64,000 bases of DNA from Camelus ferus (Eukaryota): NCBI RefSeq assembly GCF_009834535.1, contig NC_045696.1:50718001-50782000 (forward strand), given 5' to 3'. This document shows positions 38,470-50,641 of this stretch, piece after piece (position 1 is the stretch's first letter; every line of letters begins with the position of its first letter). A program made the translations under genes and the position numbers. Below the pieces are notes generated by a model. It saw only the letters and a program-made list of their open reading frames with translations. It did not search any database and was not told the origin of the DNA.

Positions 38470-40574
38470 GTGATTCTCTTTGGGTTCTCTGCTCTCCTCT
38501 TGCTGTTCCCAGCAGACAAGGGCAGAGTCACTGCTCTGTGCGCCGAGCTGGGTATATCTCCTCCCCAGGATGACTCCATATTTTCCATGTATCCCCAAAC
38601 TTCGTCATTTTAAACCCTTATGTTGATTTGCCCAAGTATGAATGGGTTGCCATCATGACGGCTTGGGAATTAACTCATACATGAAATCAGGGACTAGAAC
38701 CCGTTCTTAAGTTGGGAACTTTCTATAAACACTTTATTCCTACACTGGGCACTTACCCTTTGGTACTTCCATTGGTTGGCTTACTTAATTTAACTACAAC
38801 CCCATGAGAAAGGAAAGAAATTCAGCATCAGGAAATGATACACAGCAGTTAGCGGTGGAGCATGCTCAGGGCCCGGTGGTCTAACTACAAGCCCAGACCC
38901 TTTCCCCGCAGTAAAACACACTGAACATACTCATATGTGTGTTTATATATACTCATATAATGTTAATTTTTGCACAGTGATCAAGTAGATCGATATCATT
39001 TCTATTTTGCAAATACTGAAAGTACATTGCAAAGAATGTGATCAGGAGGAGAAGATCCCAAAGGAATAGGAATGGAGACAAGAAAACAATCCACGTTCCC
39101 ATCACTGGCAACATTCTCCCTCCTGCATGCACTTCCCACACTCCTCTATCACGTGCAGTGAAGCCGGGGGCAGGTACGTGCACAGCCAGAAATCCTGTAC
39201 CAGGTGACACAGAGTCCCCAGGGCAAAGAACAGAGACTTCACAAAGGCTCTGCCCTGGTCTTCCAGAAGGACTAAATCTTCAGCCTGGATGCAGGGGGAG
39301 GCCTAGAGGACAGGACAAACCTGCAGGTCGCTCACCTGGTTGGAGAGTATGGCCCTGGGAGGACAAGAGGGGGTGTTTAGGGAAGAGGCCAGGGATGTGA
39401 GGGCATCGGGTCATTGAAGACTGTGGGCTGAGAGGTGGAGAAAGGGTCACTGTTGGATTTGCTTGTCCGGAAGCTCACTGGACCATGCAGGAATGGGCTG
39501 AGGGGGGAGAATTAAAGCGAAGGTGTGGGTTTGAGTCTCTTCTGGGGAAGTGCAGAGAGGACCAGAACTGATAGCACTTTGAGGCCAAGAGAGTGAGAGG
39601 AGTTCAGAGTAAACCTTAAGTTTCCAGCTTGAAGCACCACAGAGGTGGTGTGGCCACTTATTGAAATGGGGAGGCCGGAGGAGAACCAGAGTCCATGAGA
39701 AAAGACAAGGTGAGACCTCAGGGAACAGTCCTGAGACTGAAATAGTGTGCCCCACAAGAGAAGGCAGGTCTCCTGTGGCCGGGGGCGGGGGCAGGAGGGC
39801 CTGGGTGGGGATATTTGGCAGTCATGGAGATGGAGGCTGAAATCACAGGAAGTGAATAGAGTGCAGACTGAGAAGGACCAGGAGGACTTCCCGGTGTCTG
39901 AGGTGAAGACAGAAAAGGGCAAGAAAGAGAAATGTAAGTGGCCATGGTCAGAGCGGTCGTGGGAAACCCAGAAGACCGTAGTAGCAAGTCAAGGAGTGAA
40001 CGGTGTCAGGTCACCCTGATACAGCAGGACCCAGATGAGTTTGCCATCCCATCCCCTTTGGTTGGCATTTCACAACCACCGTCCGTCCACGTGAGCCCCA
40101 CCCAGCACGCTGTCTCCCTGCTCGGCCACCCCAGCTCACACCTAGGACTCCACGCCTCTCAACACACCCAGGAATAGCAAACTCATGGGGAAATTCCATC
40201 TTTTGCTGGTTTCATGCCTTTTAAAATATCTTCTTCTAAAAGGTCGCCAGCTTTTCTTTTAGAAACCCTCTATACCACTTCCGCCCCGGAGACCCAGCGT
40301 GAGCCCTGGGTCTTGGCCCACAAGTCTCTCAGGTTGCCTTGTGAAATGTGAGATTCACATCTCTTCGGCAATGCCCAGTTTCACATGAGATGCCAATTTT
40401 ATGCTGAGGTTGGACAACACACTCACCTAACAAATGCCCTGTATTATATAAGTTTGACCCAATTTCACACCCGTGGAATCAAATCAAGGTCTTTTGTTTG
40501 TTTGTTTTTTACTATTTCTTATGAAAGAAATGTTAAAGAAATAGATGCTGAAGTGAGTTTTGTCCCAATTGCAG

Positions 40575-40796
40575 CTCGGAAGTTTTCTGGTCAGCCTGGG
40601 CGACTCCCACCCCCAACTCTGGCCCCACCTCAGCCACTGCCCCCTGAAACCATGGAGCGGCCAGTGGGCACTGGGGCCATGGTGGCCCGCTCCAGCGACC
40701 TGCCCTACCTGATTGTCGGGGTCGTCCTGGGCTCCCTCGTCCTCATCATCGTCGCCTTCATCCCCTTCTGCTTGTGGAGGGCCTGGTCTAAGCAAA
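40575..40796 (+). CDS. BOC: BOC coding exon 14, juxtamembrane region and TM helix (YLIVGVVLGSLVLIIVAFIPFCLW)
   Basis: tgcag acceptor, gtgag donor, 222 nt, hydrophobic TM segment. Confidence 0.96.
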
Positions 40797-41500
40797 GTGA
40801 GTGAGTGACCTCAGTACCAAGGGGAAGGAGCCTGGGGTGGGGGGCAGCCCCCAGGGAGGCCTCTGCTCAGGGTGGGATACAGGTGCCCTGCTTCTCATAC
40901 ACCAGAGCTCAGGTTCCTGGTGGGCCCCCTGAGGACTTGGGGAGAGTCAGAACAGTCCCATACGGGCCCTTCCCTTTAGCTCACGGACCTTGGCAGATGG
41001 AAAGGGTCAAGGGGGACTTGGTCTGTCCCCTCTGCGTCCCTGGAACTCGGTACCCACCTGCCTCTGGCTTCTTTTACTGTCTGAAGCTATGCTCTGACCA
41101 CTTGTTCATACTTTTAAATGACCCTGTCTCTTCCCACCTCTGGGGCTGCCTCGAACTTTCCCCTTATCCTGGGTTAATCTGATTTACCCACTAATTTCTG
41201 CTTCAGATGGCAACACATCTTATCAACTTGCCTCATTTAAATGTTGCGCCTACTGTTCACTTAACACTTAGTTCTCACAAACCCTGGTCCTGTATCTCCT
41301 CTCCCTACTGCAGAAAAAAGTCTAGATGTCAGGAAGCAGTGGGTGACAGGAGGAATTTCCTGAGACGACATCCTCATCCCTAGGGTAGTGTCCGCTCCCT
41401 GCCTACCTCACTTGACCTCACATCCTCAGGACTTTTCTGAGATTCAAGCTGCCCCAGGCCTCCTTGGCCTGAGCAGACCTCCATCCTTCTGTCCTTCCAG

Positions 41501-41736
41501 AACATACAACAGATCTGGGTTTTCCGCGAAGTGCCCTTCTGTCCCCCTCCTGCCAGTACACTATGGTACCACTGGGAGGGCTCCCCGGCCACCGAGCCAG
41601 TGGGCAGCCCTACCTCAGTGGCACCAGTGGGCGGGCCTTTGCCAGCGGCATCCGTGTGAACAGGGCCTGCCCTGCGGCTGCCGCGGGCTACGCGGGCCTG
41701 AAGTCTCAGCTGCACTGCCCAGGGGAGCTCCAGCAG
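41501..41736 (+). CDS. BOC: BOC coding exon 15, cytoplasmic (HTTDLGFPRSA...CPGELQQ)
   Basis: ttccag acceptor, gtaac donor, 236 nt. Confidence 0.93.
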
Positions 41737-41917
41737 GTAACGTGGCTGGGGTGGGTGGTGAGCAGGTCTGGGCCACCGTGGAGAGGGGCTGGGCTGCCTC
41801 TTGGGGCTTCCTCTCTTCCTGCCTCTAATTCAGGCAGCAGCATCCAGGCCTGCTGAGCAGTGAACAGGGAGGTCACCTGGACCCCCTGATGGGACCTTTT
41901 TGTTACTCTTTGAGCAG

Positions 41918-41994
41918 CAGGAGGACCCCGCCAGCGTGCTGCGGCAGACCGTTCTCGGCAGTGGACCTGACCCCCGCGGGCACCGGAGTCCCAG
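41918..41994 (+). CDS. BOC: BOC coding exon 16 (QEDPASVLRQTVLGSGPDPRGHRSP)
   Basis: GAGCAGCAG acceptor cluster makes the start uncertain by 3 nt; gtacc donor; phase 0-2 fits the neighbouring exons. Confidence 0.85.
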
Positions 41995-42433
41995 GTACCC
42001 GAGCCCAGCACCCACTGTCTTGCTAGCGGCCCCACCCCAGCCTCAGTCACCCAGAGGGGGCCACTTGTGCCTCACTCAGGGATCCCCACATCCGCAGGCT
42101 GCTCCCCCCGGACGCTTAGCCTGAGGGGTGGTTGTTGCATCTGAGTCACAGTGCCTTTTCTGCTCAAAAATCCTTCCCTCACTTGGTGGGCCAGACACCG
42201 CTGGGGTTGCTCACAGGCCCCCACACCTGACTCCACACCCTCATACATTCAGGACACACACGGAATCAAATGGAAACAGGCTAGAATTACCTGTGAGAGT
42301 GATGGTGTGAAGCCTCTTGACGTCCCTGCCCTGTCTGAGCTCTGCCGCCCTCAGACAGAGGAGCAGCCAGGGCTGGGGACACAGGCGCCCCCTTCCCCCT
42401 ACCTCACCCCTCCATCTGGCCTCACGCACACAG

Positions 42434-42627
42434 GGGTCCCGCATCCAGCCTGGACGAGGGCACCTTCTTGTACACACTGCCCGATGACTCAACGCACCAG
42501 CTGCTCCCGCCCCACCAGGACTGCCACCACCTCCAGGAGCAGCCTGCAGCCGTGGGCCAGCCAGGCGTCAGGAGTGTCCCCCAGAGTCCTGGGCTAGAAG
42601 CGACATGGGACCCTCTTTTTCACCCAG
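42434..42627 (+). CDS. BOC: BOC coding exon 17 (GPASSLDEGTFLYTLPDDSTHQLL...WDPLFHP)
   Basis: cacag acceptor, gtcag donor, 194 nt. Confidence 0.92.
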
Positions 42628-43651
42628 GTCAGCGCCAAGGGCAGGGTGGGAAAGTGAGCAGGCTGGGAAGATGATAGGCCTTCAAGGTGGTGCTTGTAAG
42701 GAGCCATTCACAGCTTTTATCTCAGAGATGGGGGTGGGAAGGGAGCTGGCCACCTCCTTCCCTGCTAAAGGCCCAGCAGATCTGCAGGGACATGTCAGGT
42801 GGGTCCTATTCCACCATGGCAAGCTGTGTCCCCAAAGGCTGAGAGAAAGGGCACTCCTCCACTTCAGAGTAAGAAGCCCCTTTGGTCTCGGCATTTCAAG
42901 GGCCATTCGTGAATTCCCATTGCCCTCTCATCACCCCAAGAGGCATTCTCTAATCACTCCCAAATATCTTGCTTTGTTGGGTCTTGTCTCGTCATGAAGG
43001 AATGAGGTCGCACCCATCAGTGAGAAGCCAAGTTCTCACATCATCTTCAGAGCTCTGTGCTTCTACAGAACTTTCTCTCCAAGGGGCCCAGTACACGCCA
43101 CCCCCAGCCCACTGTCTTGTGCCAACCTGTCAGAAGTCCGTGGATACTTGGCTGGGGCTCAGGCTGTGTCAGAATTAGCTGATGATCCTCCATGGCGTGG
43201 ATGCCAGTTCACATGCAAGTCCTAGACTCTGTCTCTGGGAGATAAAATACCAAGACAAGCACCTTGTAGAGCCAGACCCCAGTGTCCTTTACATCGGACT
43301 CTCTCCACCTGGCGGAATGAGCTAAGTGGGATGATTATGACCAGAAGGCAGGAGGGTAGACTAGTGGGTGGACTTCCCACCTGGACAGAGCAGGACTTCT
43401 TTATGCAGTTCCTGGGCTCAGCTGACTTCATCTGCTCCCAGGTACAGGGTAAGGTCACAGTCCCACCGCTGAGATGAGCAGGCAGCACGTAGGTGGCCCG
43501 CGCCAGGTCGAATGTCCTTGTAGTTGTAGGTCTCTGTCCTCCTTCAAGGCCAGCGTCACTAGCTCCCGTCACAGGTAGAGGCAGGCCCAGCGGTGCTGAG
43601 CGCTGGCTCCTGGTCAGGCTGGACTCTGACGTTTCCCACTTCTCCCCCCAG

Positions 43652-43839
43652 GGCCGCCGTGCTGCTTGGGCCTCGTCCCGGTTGAAGAGGTGGACAGTCC
43701 TGACTCCTGCCCAGCGGGCAGAGGAGACTGGTGTCCCCAGCACCCCGCGGGGGCCTACGGAGGGCAGGAACGTGGGAGGCGGCTCTCCCCTAGCCCACCG
43801 GTGCCCGTGGCTTTTGAAACACCACCTCCTACAATTTAG
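43652..43839 (+). CDS. BOC: BOC final coding exon (PPCCLGLVPVEEVDSPDSC...AFETPPPTI*)
   Basis: ccccag acceptor, TAG at 43837-43839, C-terminus resembles recalled BOC ...FETPPLTI. Confidence 0.94.
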
Positions 43840-44293
43840 GCAGAAGCCGCTATCCCAGAAAGACTATATATATAGTGTTATTTGTTTTGTTTTTTTTTCA
43901 AAGAAGAAAGTGGTATTTATTTTTCTATAATAGCCATATTTATATATTTATGCACTTGTAAATAAATGTATATGTGTTTGTATACTTCTGGAGCAACATA
44001 GGGAATCCTGCCCACTGGGGCAGGAGAGGGAAAACAAAGAAGCAACGACCAAACAGGTGTCACCTGGGAAAGAGCAACACCCACTGAGGCGGCAGCTGCC
44101 CGGGAGGCTGCGGGGGCTGCGGAGGCGCCCATGGAGGGAGGCTCCTCGGCACGCCGACCAGTGACCGGGAGGAAAAGGCCGGGGCTGCGAGAAGCCTTTT
44201 CAGACGATGCCCGTGAGTCTAAGATGTGTATAGTCCTATAAGCATTAACAGGTCTTCCAGAATCAGTAATCTGCAGCAACATATCTCTGTACA

Positions 44294-44319
44294 AATAAAC
44301 ACTGTAACGTCTAAATAAA
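44294..44319 (+). terminator. BOC: BOC distal polyadenylation signals, AATAAA at 44294-44299 and 44314-44319 (a proximal AATAAA lies at 43961-43966)
   Basis: Canonical hexamers about 450-480 nt after the stop codon. Confidence 0.65.
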
Positions 44320-46564
44320 TGTCTAGTCTCCCTTGTAACCTTCAGCTGAGTCACAGGAGTCAGCATTATTTTTAGCTGTTAGGACTCAGTCTGCAGATTT
44401 AAAGAAACACCCACTGGTGACGTTTTCCACGATCCCTCGAGAGGAGAGCTGGAAAAGGCAGCAGATGTTTCTAATTTTTTGTCTTTTTAAATATTGAATG
44501 TCAGTTATTTTTATTAACGCGGATTCGTTGATAGCTGGTCCAGGAGGGAGACGGTGGACAGCAGGCGCGGAGCAGATTTGCGTTCTATTGATGGACTTGG
44601 AGGTAAAGCTTTGGTCAGACTGAGGGGATGAAACTAATCTTTTCTATAGAGGTGGGTATATTTTCTCCAGAATACCATTTAGTTAAGTGCTATGCGACAC
44701 ACGAGCATGCGGTGCCTAGTAAAATTCACTTCCCTTCTCTCCAGAGATACACCAGCATGGCCGGACGAGTTGACTCACTAGTTGTTTAAAGTCAACATTT
44801 ATTTACTGCCATCCAACCACAGGCTTAAACTTTGTACGGGGACGTGCAACTAGATGGACGCTGACGCTTGCAGTGGAAGCCCTAACCCACTACCTGTTTT
44901 CCGGAGGGAAAGATATCTTCTAGACTTCTGTCCGGTTAAGTCACAGATGAAATGCCATTGAGACACTTAATCCCATTCAGAGTCGTCAGTGCCAGACCCT
45001 GGCTTCAGCCTCTAGTCACAACTTACACAAACAGGGTCCTACCTGGGACAGCCCCGGGAGTGACTCTGATAGGCTGGGACAAGTGCGCCCTCTGCTGGCC
45101 AGAAGGGAGTCTTGCATCCTTTTCCATCCAACAGCTAAATCGGAACATGATTTTCAGAAAAGCTGTATTTTAAAAATATTTTAAGAAATGAAGGACTGTA
45201 AGGAACATGGAAATGATAGGAAAGGTGAAGTGGAACAGGGAAGAGAAGAAACGAGTTACTGTGACTTCAATCTGGCATTGAGGGCCTTGAGGTCACTTCC
45301 AGGAGCACGACTGGGCTCATGGCCTCAGATCTGGGCTGTAACTCAACTTCCGGCCCTTTGGCTTTTTAAAAAAAATCTCCCTTTGACAACCACTGGGATC
45401 ATCAAGCACTAAAAAATAAAGTAAATTTTGTTGAACTTTATGGAAGTGATATTTATGACACTTCCTTACATAACACTGAATGCTTTTGGCTCTCAAAAAA
45501 AAGTCTGGGAAAGAAAAAGCACTTCTAAGGCATGTTAAATGAGATAAATGTGAATATTTACCTTAGCCAATTGCAGGAAAGAAAAAATAGGTTAGGGCAT
45601 AGGCCTTTAAATTTTAGCCTAGAAAATGAAACAGCTTAGATATTCAATTTCATTGTAGTTTTTACTTTTTACTTTAGATTCTTTTAAAAGTCTGAGTCAG
45701 TAACAGCTGTATAAGTTAATCAGAAGGAAGAGTAAGGCCTAGTTGGGCAGCAGTGGGTGGGGGTGCAGAGTTCAGCTCAGGGCTCGGAGACCACTCTAAG
45801 CGTGGCAGCCAGACAGGACAGGCGGACTCAGCAGGAATGAGTAACCTCTTGTCCTGTGAAGATCTGACAAAGGGGCTGTCAGTTTCTTTTTCTTTCAGAG
45901 TTGAGATTTGATAATGCTATGGATGAGGGTGCAAAATAGCCAAGGACCATTAACAATTAAGCCACAAGGAACTCAATTTAGACTGACTTTTGGCCTCTCT
46001 CAAAGGTGAGGCTGCCATCTCTAAGAGCACAGTTTGATCAGGGAAACAGGACAGCTTTCCACGCACCCCCAGCCAAGGCTGCACCCTGGCGTGCTCCAGT
46101 TTGAAGCTAAACCTTCCAAAGGTTCAGATGCTCATACTTATAGATTCAGGACTAAGGCTGGAGTCAAGTAGAAATGAAACTAAAGCTACCTATGCATCTT
46201 GTCTAACTCAAAATAAAAACAAGTTAACTATATTGTCAAATCCCAAACATGCTTGCACAGAGGCCTTAAGATGGTAAACTTCAGTGATTTAGGGTTATTA
46301 TTTTTTTGCCAAATTGCACTAGGCTGATTGGTTTTACTCTTACATGGATAGACATGTGGACTCACTGACATGGCTCTCATAAATTCTAAGTTCATTCTGG
46401 CTGCGATTAGAATCGCAGGATTTTAGAATGGGAAGGTGCCTCAGAGCTTACCCAAATCCCTCATTTGATAATAATATGAGGCCCAGGACAGTAACTTAAC
46501 TTCCCCCAGCTCTCACCACAACCAAGGGGACAGTTTCTCCTCAGCGACCACCCACTTCATCCAG

Positions 46565-46812
46565 GCAGTAGCCAGCCAGTGAGGAATGGAGCCTCCTGGC
46601 AGTCAGGTGAGTAGGTTTGGAAGTAGCCCTTCCAGCTCCAGCCAAGCCTCAGATGGCCGCGGCCCCAACTCACAGCTGGACCACAACCTCAGGAGAGACC
46701 TGAACTGGAAACACCCAGCCCATAAGCGGCTCCCAATTCCTGACCCTCAAATTGAGTGAGATAAGAAGTGCTTGTTATTTGGGGGTAATTTTTTATGCAG
46801 GAATAAATCAGT
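46565..46812 (+). mobile_element. MLT1-like MaLR LTR 3' portion
   Basis: ccagccaagcctcagatggccgcggcccc...ttcctgaccctca...gggggtaattttttatgcag. Confidence 0.7.
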
Positions 46813-47827
46813 AAAGCACTCAGAGCTATGACTAGCACATTTTTTTTAAATGCTGGAAGGGCACACAGTCTTGGGCATACAGCAGAGAACGTGATGAAGG
46901 GTGCTCTCCAGTGGAGAAGCCACTCCTTCAGAGATCTGTGGTGATGAGCACAAACGATAAGCTGTTTAGACCTAAGTAGGAATACGAAAGGATCTTAGAG
47001 ACACAATGGGCCAAGTGGCCCCATCTAACATACATATTCCAACCTACCAAGAACCCAAGTCCTGTCTATAATTTTGGGGGGCAGATGAGCAGACTAGCCA
47101 CAGGTTAGGAAGACTGGACATTGCTGAGTCACCTTCTACACTGGTGCAATACTGCCTCCTTTACCTTTCCCTCTCAGTAACCAAGTCCTATTCTGGGACA
47201 GTCTCAGGACATCTCGGTTCAGTGGATCCACAGAGCACAGAATTGCCAGTGCTATGTTCTCTTACCAACGGGAATTCAAATATCAGTGAAATCATTTTTA
47301 AATGAATCCAATGACCACTTACCCCCAAGCCAAAAGAATGCTCTCAAATTAGTTTACAATGTTAGGTACAATCGAAAGTGACTGTTAGAGGCGGTCTCTC
47401 AGAGTGATGGAATCTAGTTCCTGATCTATATCAAAACCAGCAAATGACTCAAGTAGAACCTGAAAGAAAACAGCACAGGACGTGAGAAACTACAGGAAAT
47501 ACTTAGAATACTGGTAGAGCTGCAGACATCTTTGGAGAAAAGCCTCCTTCTTAACCATTTTGCAAAACACACTTCTCTGCTCCACCCGGAGCTGAGGAGA
47601 TTGCTAAAACCATAGGTGATTCAGGAAGCTGATTTATTTTTTCTTTCTGCCAGTCTAAAGCAAACTGCTCTGCTCTATCGGTCTGCATTTCCTGAAGCCT
47701 GAGCCCTCGAATAACGGCTTTCTGAAGTTAACAATGTCAAAATTCTAATTTGCATTTCTTTTTCTCCCAGATATGGTTGGCAAAATATTTCGTCTCTTTC
47801 TCTTGAGAACACCTGGTAACCTCAAAG

Positions 47828-47833
47828 TTTATT
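47828..47833 (-). terminator. CFAP44: Candidate proximal CFAP44 polyA signal (AATAAA on the minus strand); another at 47633-47638
   Basis: tttatt on the + strand about 355 nt past the CFAP44 stop. Confidence 0.45.
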
Positions 47834-48188
47834 TTCCAAGGATCCAATGATTGAGAAAAGGAGGTTTACTTTGAATGATAGATTTTCTTGTCAAAGACTG
47901 AAAATTCAGATAACTACAAAACAAGTTTCCTAAAGCAGGATATATTACAGGCGCTTTCTGGCGATTTGAGGTACAGCCTTCTGAGACTTCATATTCGATC
48001 CAGTTGGTTCCAAACACATGGAAAATGGTTCAGTTCAATAACAAGGAGGTGTTGGGCGCTACAGTCAGTTCTAAGACAACCAAGTGGGGAAAAATTATTA
48101 AAACGACATGACTGGATCTGGTTTTCAGCTTTTAAATAAGTTCACTTTAAAACAGTAGGATAAAAGCAAAATAAAAGGCCCCAGGGCT

Positions 48189-48362
48189 TCATACATTGTC
48201 TGGCGGAGGATGAATGGGTGGGAGGATAAGGCCACCTTTCTTACGCAAAACAGCGATCTCTTCCTTTAAGGCCAAAATCCTTTCTGCCTGGACTTGGATC
48301 AATTCAGTGACCTTCTCTTTTGCCACAATATCTGCTTTCCGAAGGCTCTGGAAGACATTGCC
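48189..48362 (-). CDS. CFAP44: CFAP44 final coding exon ([57 protein letters not shown])
   Basis: caacag acceptor on the minus strand, TGA at 48191-48189, matches the recalled CFAP44/WDR52 C-terminus. Confidence 0.9.
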   Translation of the reverse strand, partial: GNVFQSLRKADIVAKEKVTELIQVQAERILALKEEIAVLRKKGGLILPPIHPPPDNV

Positions 48363-48848
48363 CTGTTGAGAGAAAACACCTCCCTGCTTTAAGCCTCGTT
48401 TGGAATATGGAGATTTCCCTGTCTTAGTAAGTCTGTTAGGTGTGTCTGCCTTACAGTCCATTTAAATAACCATCACTTCTTATTTTTAAGAAGCACTCAG
48501 TTCCTCCACTGAAATCCTACCATTGGAAATATATCCCTTTGGCTAATAAACAACTCTGAAAATGCAAGTCCCCAGTAAGAGGGTAATTCATTAACATAGC
48601 TCTCAGTCATTCAGACCCGACAGGATTCATCGCTAGAATTATAAAAGACAAGATACCTCCTTTTCCTATACAGCCCCATGTTGTTTTCCAGAATAGAAAT
48701 TTATTTCCTCATCTGACGTCTTCCCCTGCCCAGCTAAGTCCTGCTCATGCTTCGGACATCACTTTAGGGAGGCCTGCTTTACCCCATGGACTAGGTTAGA
48801 ATTTCCCACGCTCTGTTCTATCAAATCATCCATCCCACGTCACTAGTT

Positions 48849-48961
48849 ATTAGACGGAATCATTTGAAATTTGTGATATTTGACTATTTTGTTGTAGTCT
48901 AAACTACAAATAGTCTAGACTATTTGACAAAAAAGTTGTAGTTTCATACAGTTCAAACTAA
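48849..48961. mobile_element. MADE2-like mariner MITE with an internal palindromic insertion
   Basis: attagacggaatcatttgaaatt...gatatttgac and tttcatacagttcaaactaa resemble MADE2 TIRs. Confidence 0.6.
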
Positions 48962-50459
48962 ATGCTTGTTTGATGTGTCTGTCTGTCTTGCTGGATCCTG
49001 TGCCTGAGAGGTAGGGCCGGGTATGCCTGGACCTCACCACCCTGCCAGCACCTGCCCCAGAGCTTGTCACGGAAGTGGATGCTCGATAAATCTGAATGCA
49101 CGTTAAAGGGAGGGACGTAAGACCTAGTTCCAGCTCTGTGCCAGGTGCTTACATGTGCTCTTAGAACCCTTACGGCTCTGAACAGGGCAGTGTTACTCCA
49201 GCTGTAAAGATACGGAAGCTGACAGATTCATGAGCTGGCCCAAGTCACTGTAATACGAAGGGCTGGAAGCAGCATTAGAACCAGGTTACCTGAAGCCAAA
49301 AGTCCATAATTCACCCATCACCCCCCTTACTGCGCAGCCCTTCCTAGGAAGCAGGGGTTCCCTGTGCCCAGTGCCTCTGCCTCTTCTCAGCGCACTTTCA
49401 CTTGAGAGGCCACGAAAGCTAAACACTAGCCTTACCCAGCCTCTCTTCCAGCTTGGAGTGGCTAAGTAGACATAGTAGAAAGCACTGGCTTTCTTAATGA
49501 GGGACACGAGAGGCTGGCATTTGACCATGGAACAGAGCTGTGACTCCAGAGGAAACACCAAAGAATCAGGGAGAGAATCACAGAGGTCCTGGCCCTGACA
49601 TCACAGGCCCACTGAGCCAAAGCCCGTCATCTCCTGCAGACTTCCTGTGAAGTGAGGAAAATAACCCCGATTTGTTTAAGCTACTCTCCGGGGGCTTTTG
49701 GTTACGTACAGCTACGTGTATGCCCCACTCACACCCCAGTTCATGCCCGTCCCTCTGAGGTCACCTTAGATTTTCCCTCATTCTTGTCACCGTATCCAAA
49801 CAGACTTTGGCTATTCTTACTTATAAATGTCTTTGGCCCTTGGCCTTTCATCTTTGCCGTCTACACCCCCATTCGTGACTAGACTATGATAAGAATAATA
49901 GCAGTGGCGTAAGCTTTGGAGGCAGACAGACCTCAGTTTAAGAGTGAACTCCCCCAGCTCCAGCCCTGAGAGCATGGGCACGTGACTCACCTACTCTGAG
50001 CTGTGGAGAGTGGTTATTTTGAGGATTAAATGAGATAGCCAGTGGGAAGAGATGATACAGGTTAAAATATATATGTAAAGACATACTATGTAAAGAGATC
50101 CATACTATTAATTTCTTTTCCCATTCAATTGATCTGTTGCCTCCAAACTCTTTCCAGTGTATCTGGACTTAGCAAAGCACACCACGTCGACAGACTTTAC
50201 TAAACACTCTGTGAAGACTTTTCAAGGCAGCAGCCTTCACGAGCAGCGCCTTGACTCTTCACTCGAAAATTCCTCAGTGGAGCAGGGGCTTCAGGGAGGC
50301 GGAGCGGAAGGACACGGAGCTCACCGTCTCCCACAGAAACGCTTCAGTGGACCAACCAAGGGCCCTTGCTATTCAGACTAGACTTCCTCTCCCATCTCAT
50401 TCTAACTCTAAACCTCCCAAAGCCTCTTATTCATCGTTTCTTCTGAACTTGTGCTTAGA

Positions 50460-50641
50460 CCGGGGATCTCAACTCCAGCACGCGGCAGAATCACCCAGAA
50501 GGCAGGTTCGGTGGACTGCCCGGCCCCTCCCGCAGAGCTGCCGATTCAGTTGGTCTGGGTGGGGCCCAAGCCTGCATCTCTGACAAGTGCCCCCGTGGTG
50601 CGGACGCTGTTCTTCAGGGGAGCACGTTTTGAGAACCCCTG
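50460..50641. mobile_element. MER5A-like hAT element
   Basis: cggggatctcaa...agaatcaccc...gattcagttggtctgggtggggccc...tttgagaacccctg; TSD-like gcttagac / acttaaac. Confidence 0.75.

Larger units (their letters stand above)
12270..43839 (+). other. BOC: BOC gene, coding span with 18 coding exons: signal peptide, 4 Ig, 3 FNIII, TM and cytoplasmic tail. About 1115 aa if the exon-8 frameshift is corrected
   Basis: Exon peptides match recalled mammalian BOC throughout. All junctions are GT-AG with compatible phases. Exon lengths sum to 3348 nt once 1 nt is removed from exon 8. Confidence 0.97.

Noticed and set aside
12270..43839. BOC as a decayed pseudogene
   Set aside because: There is only one lesion; all other exons, splice sites, cysteines and phases are intact
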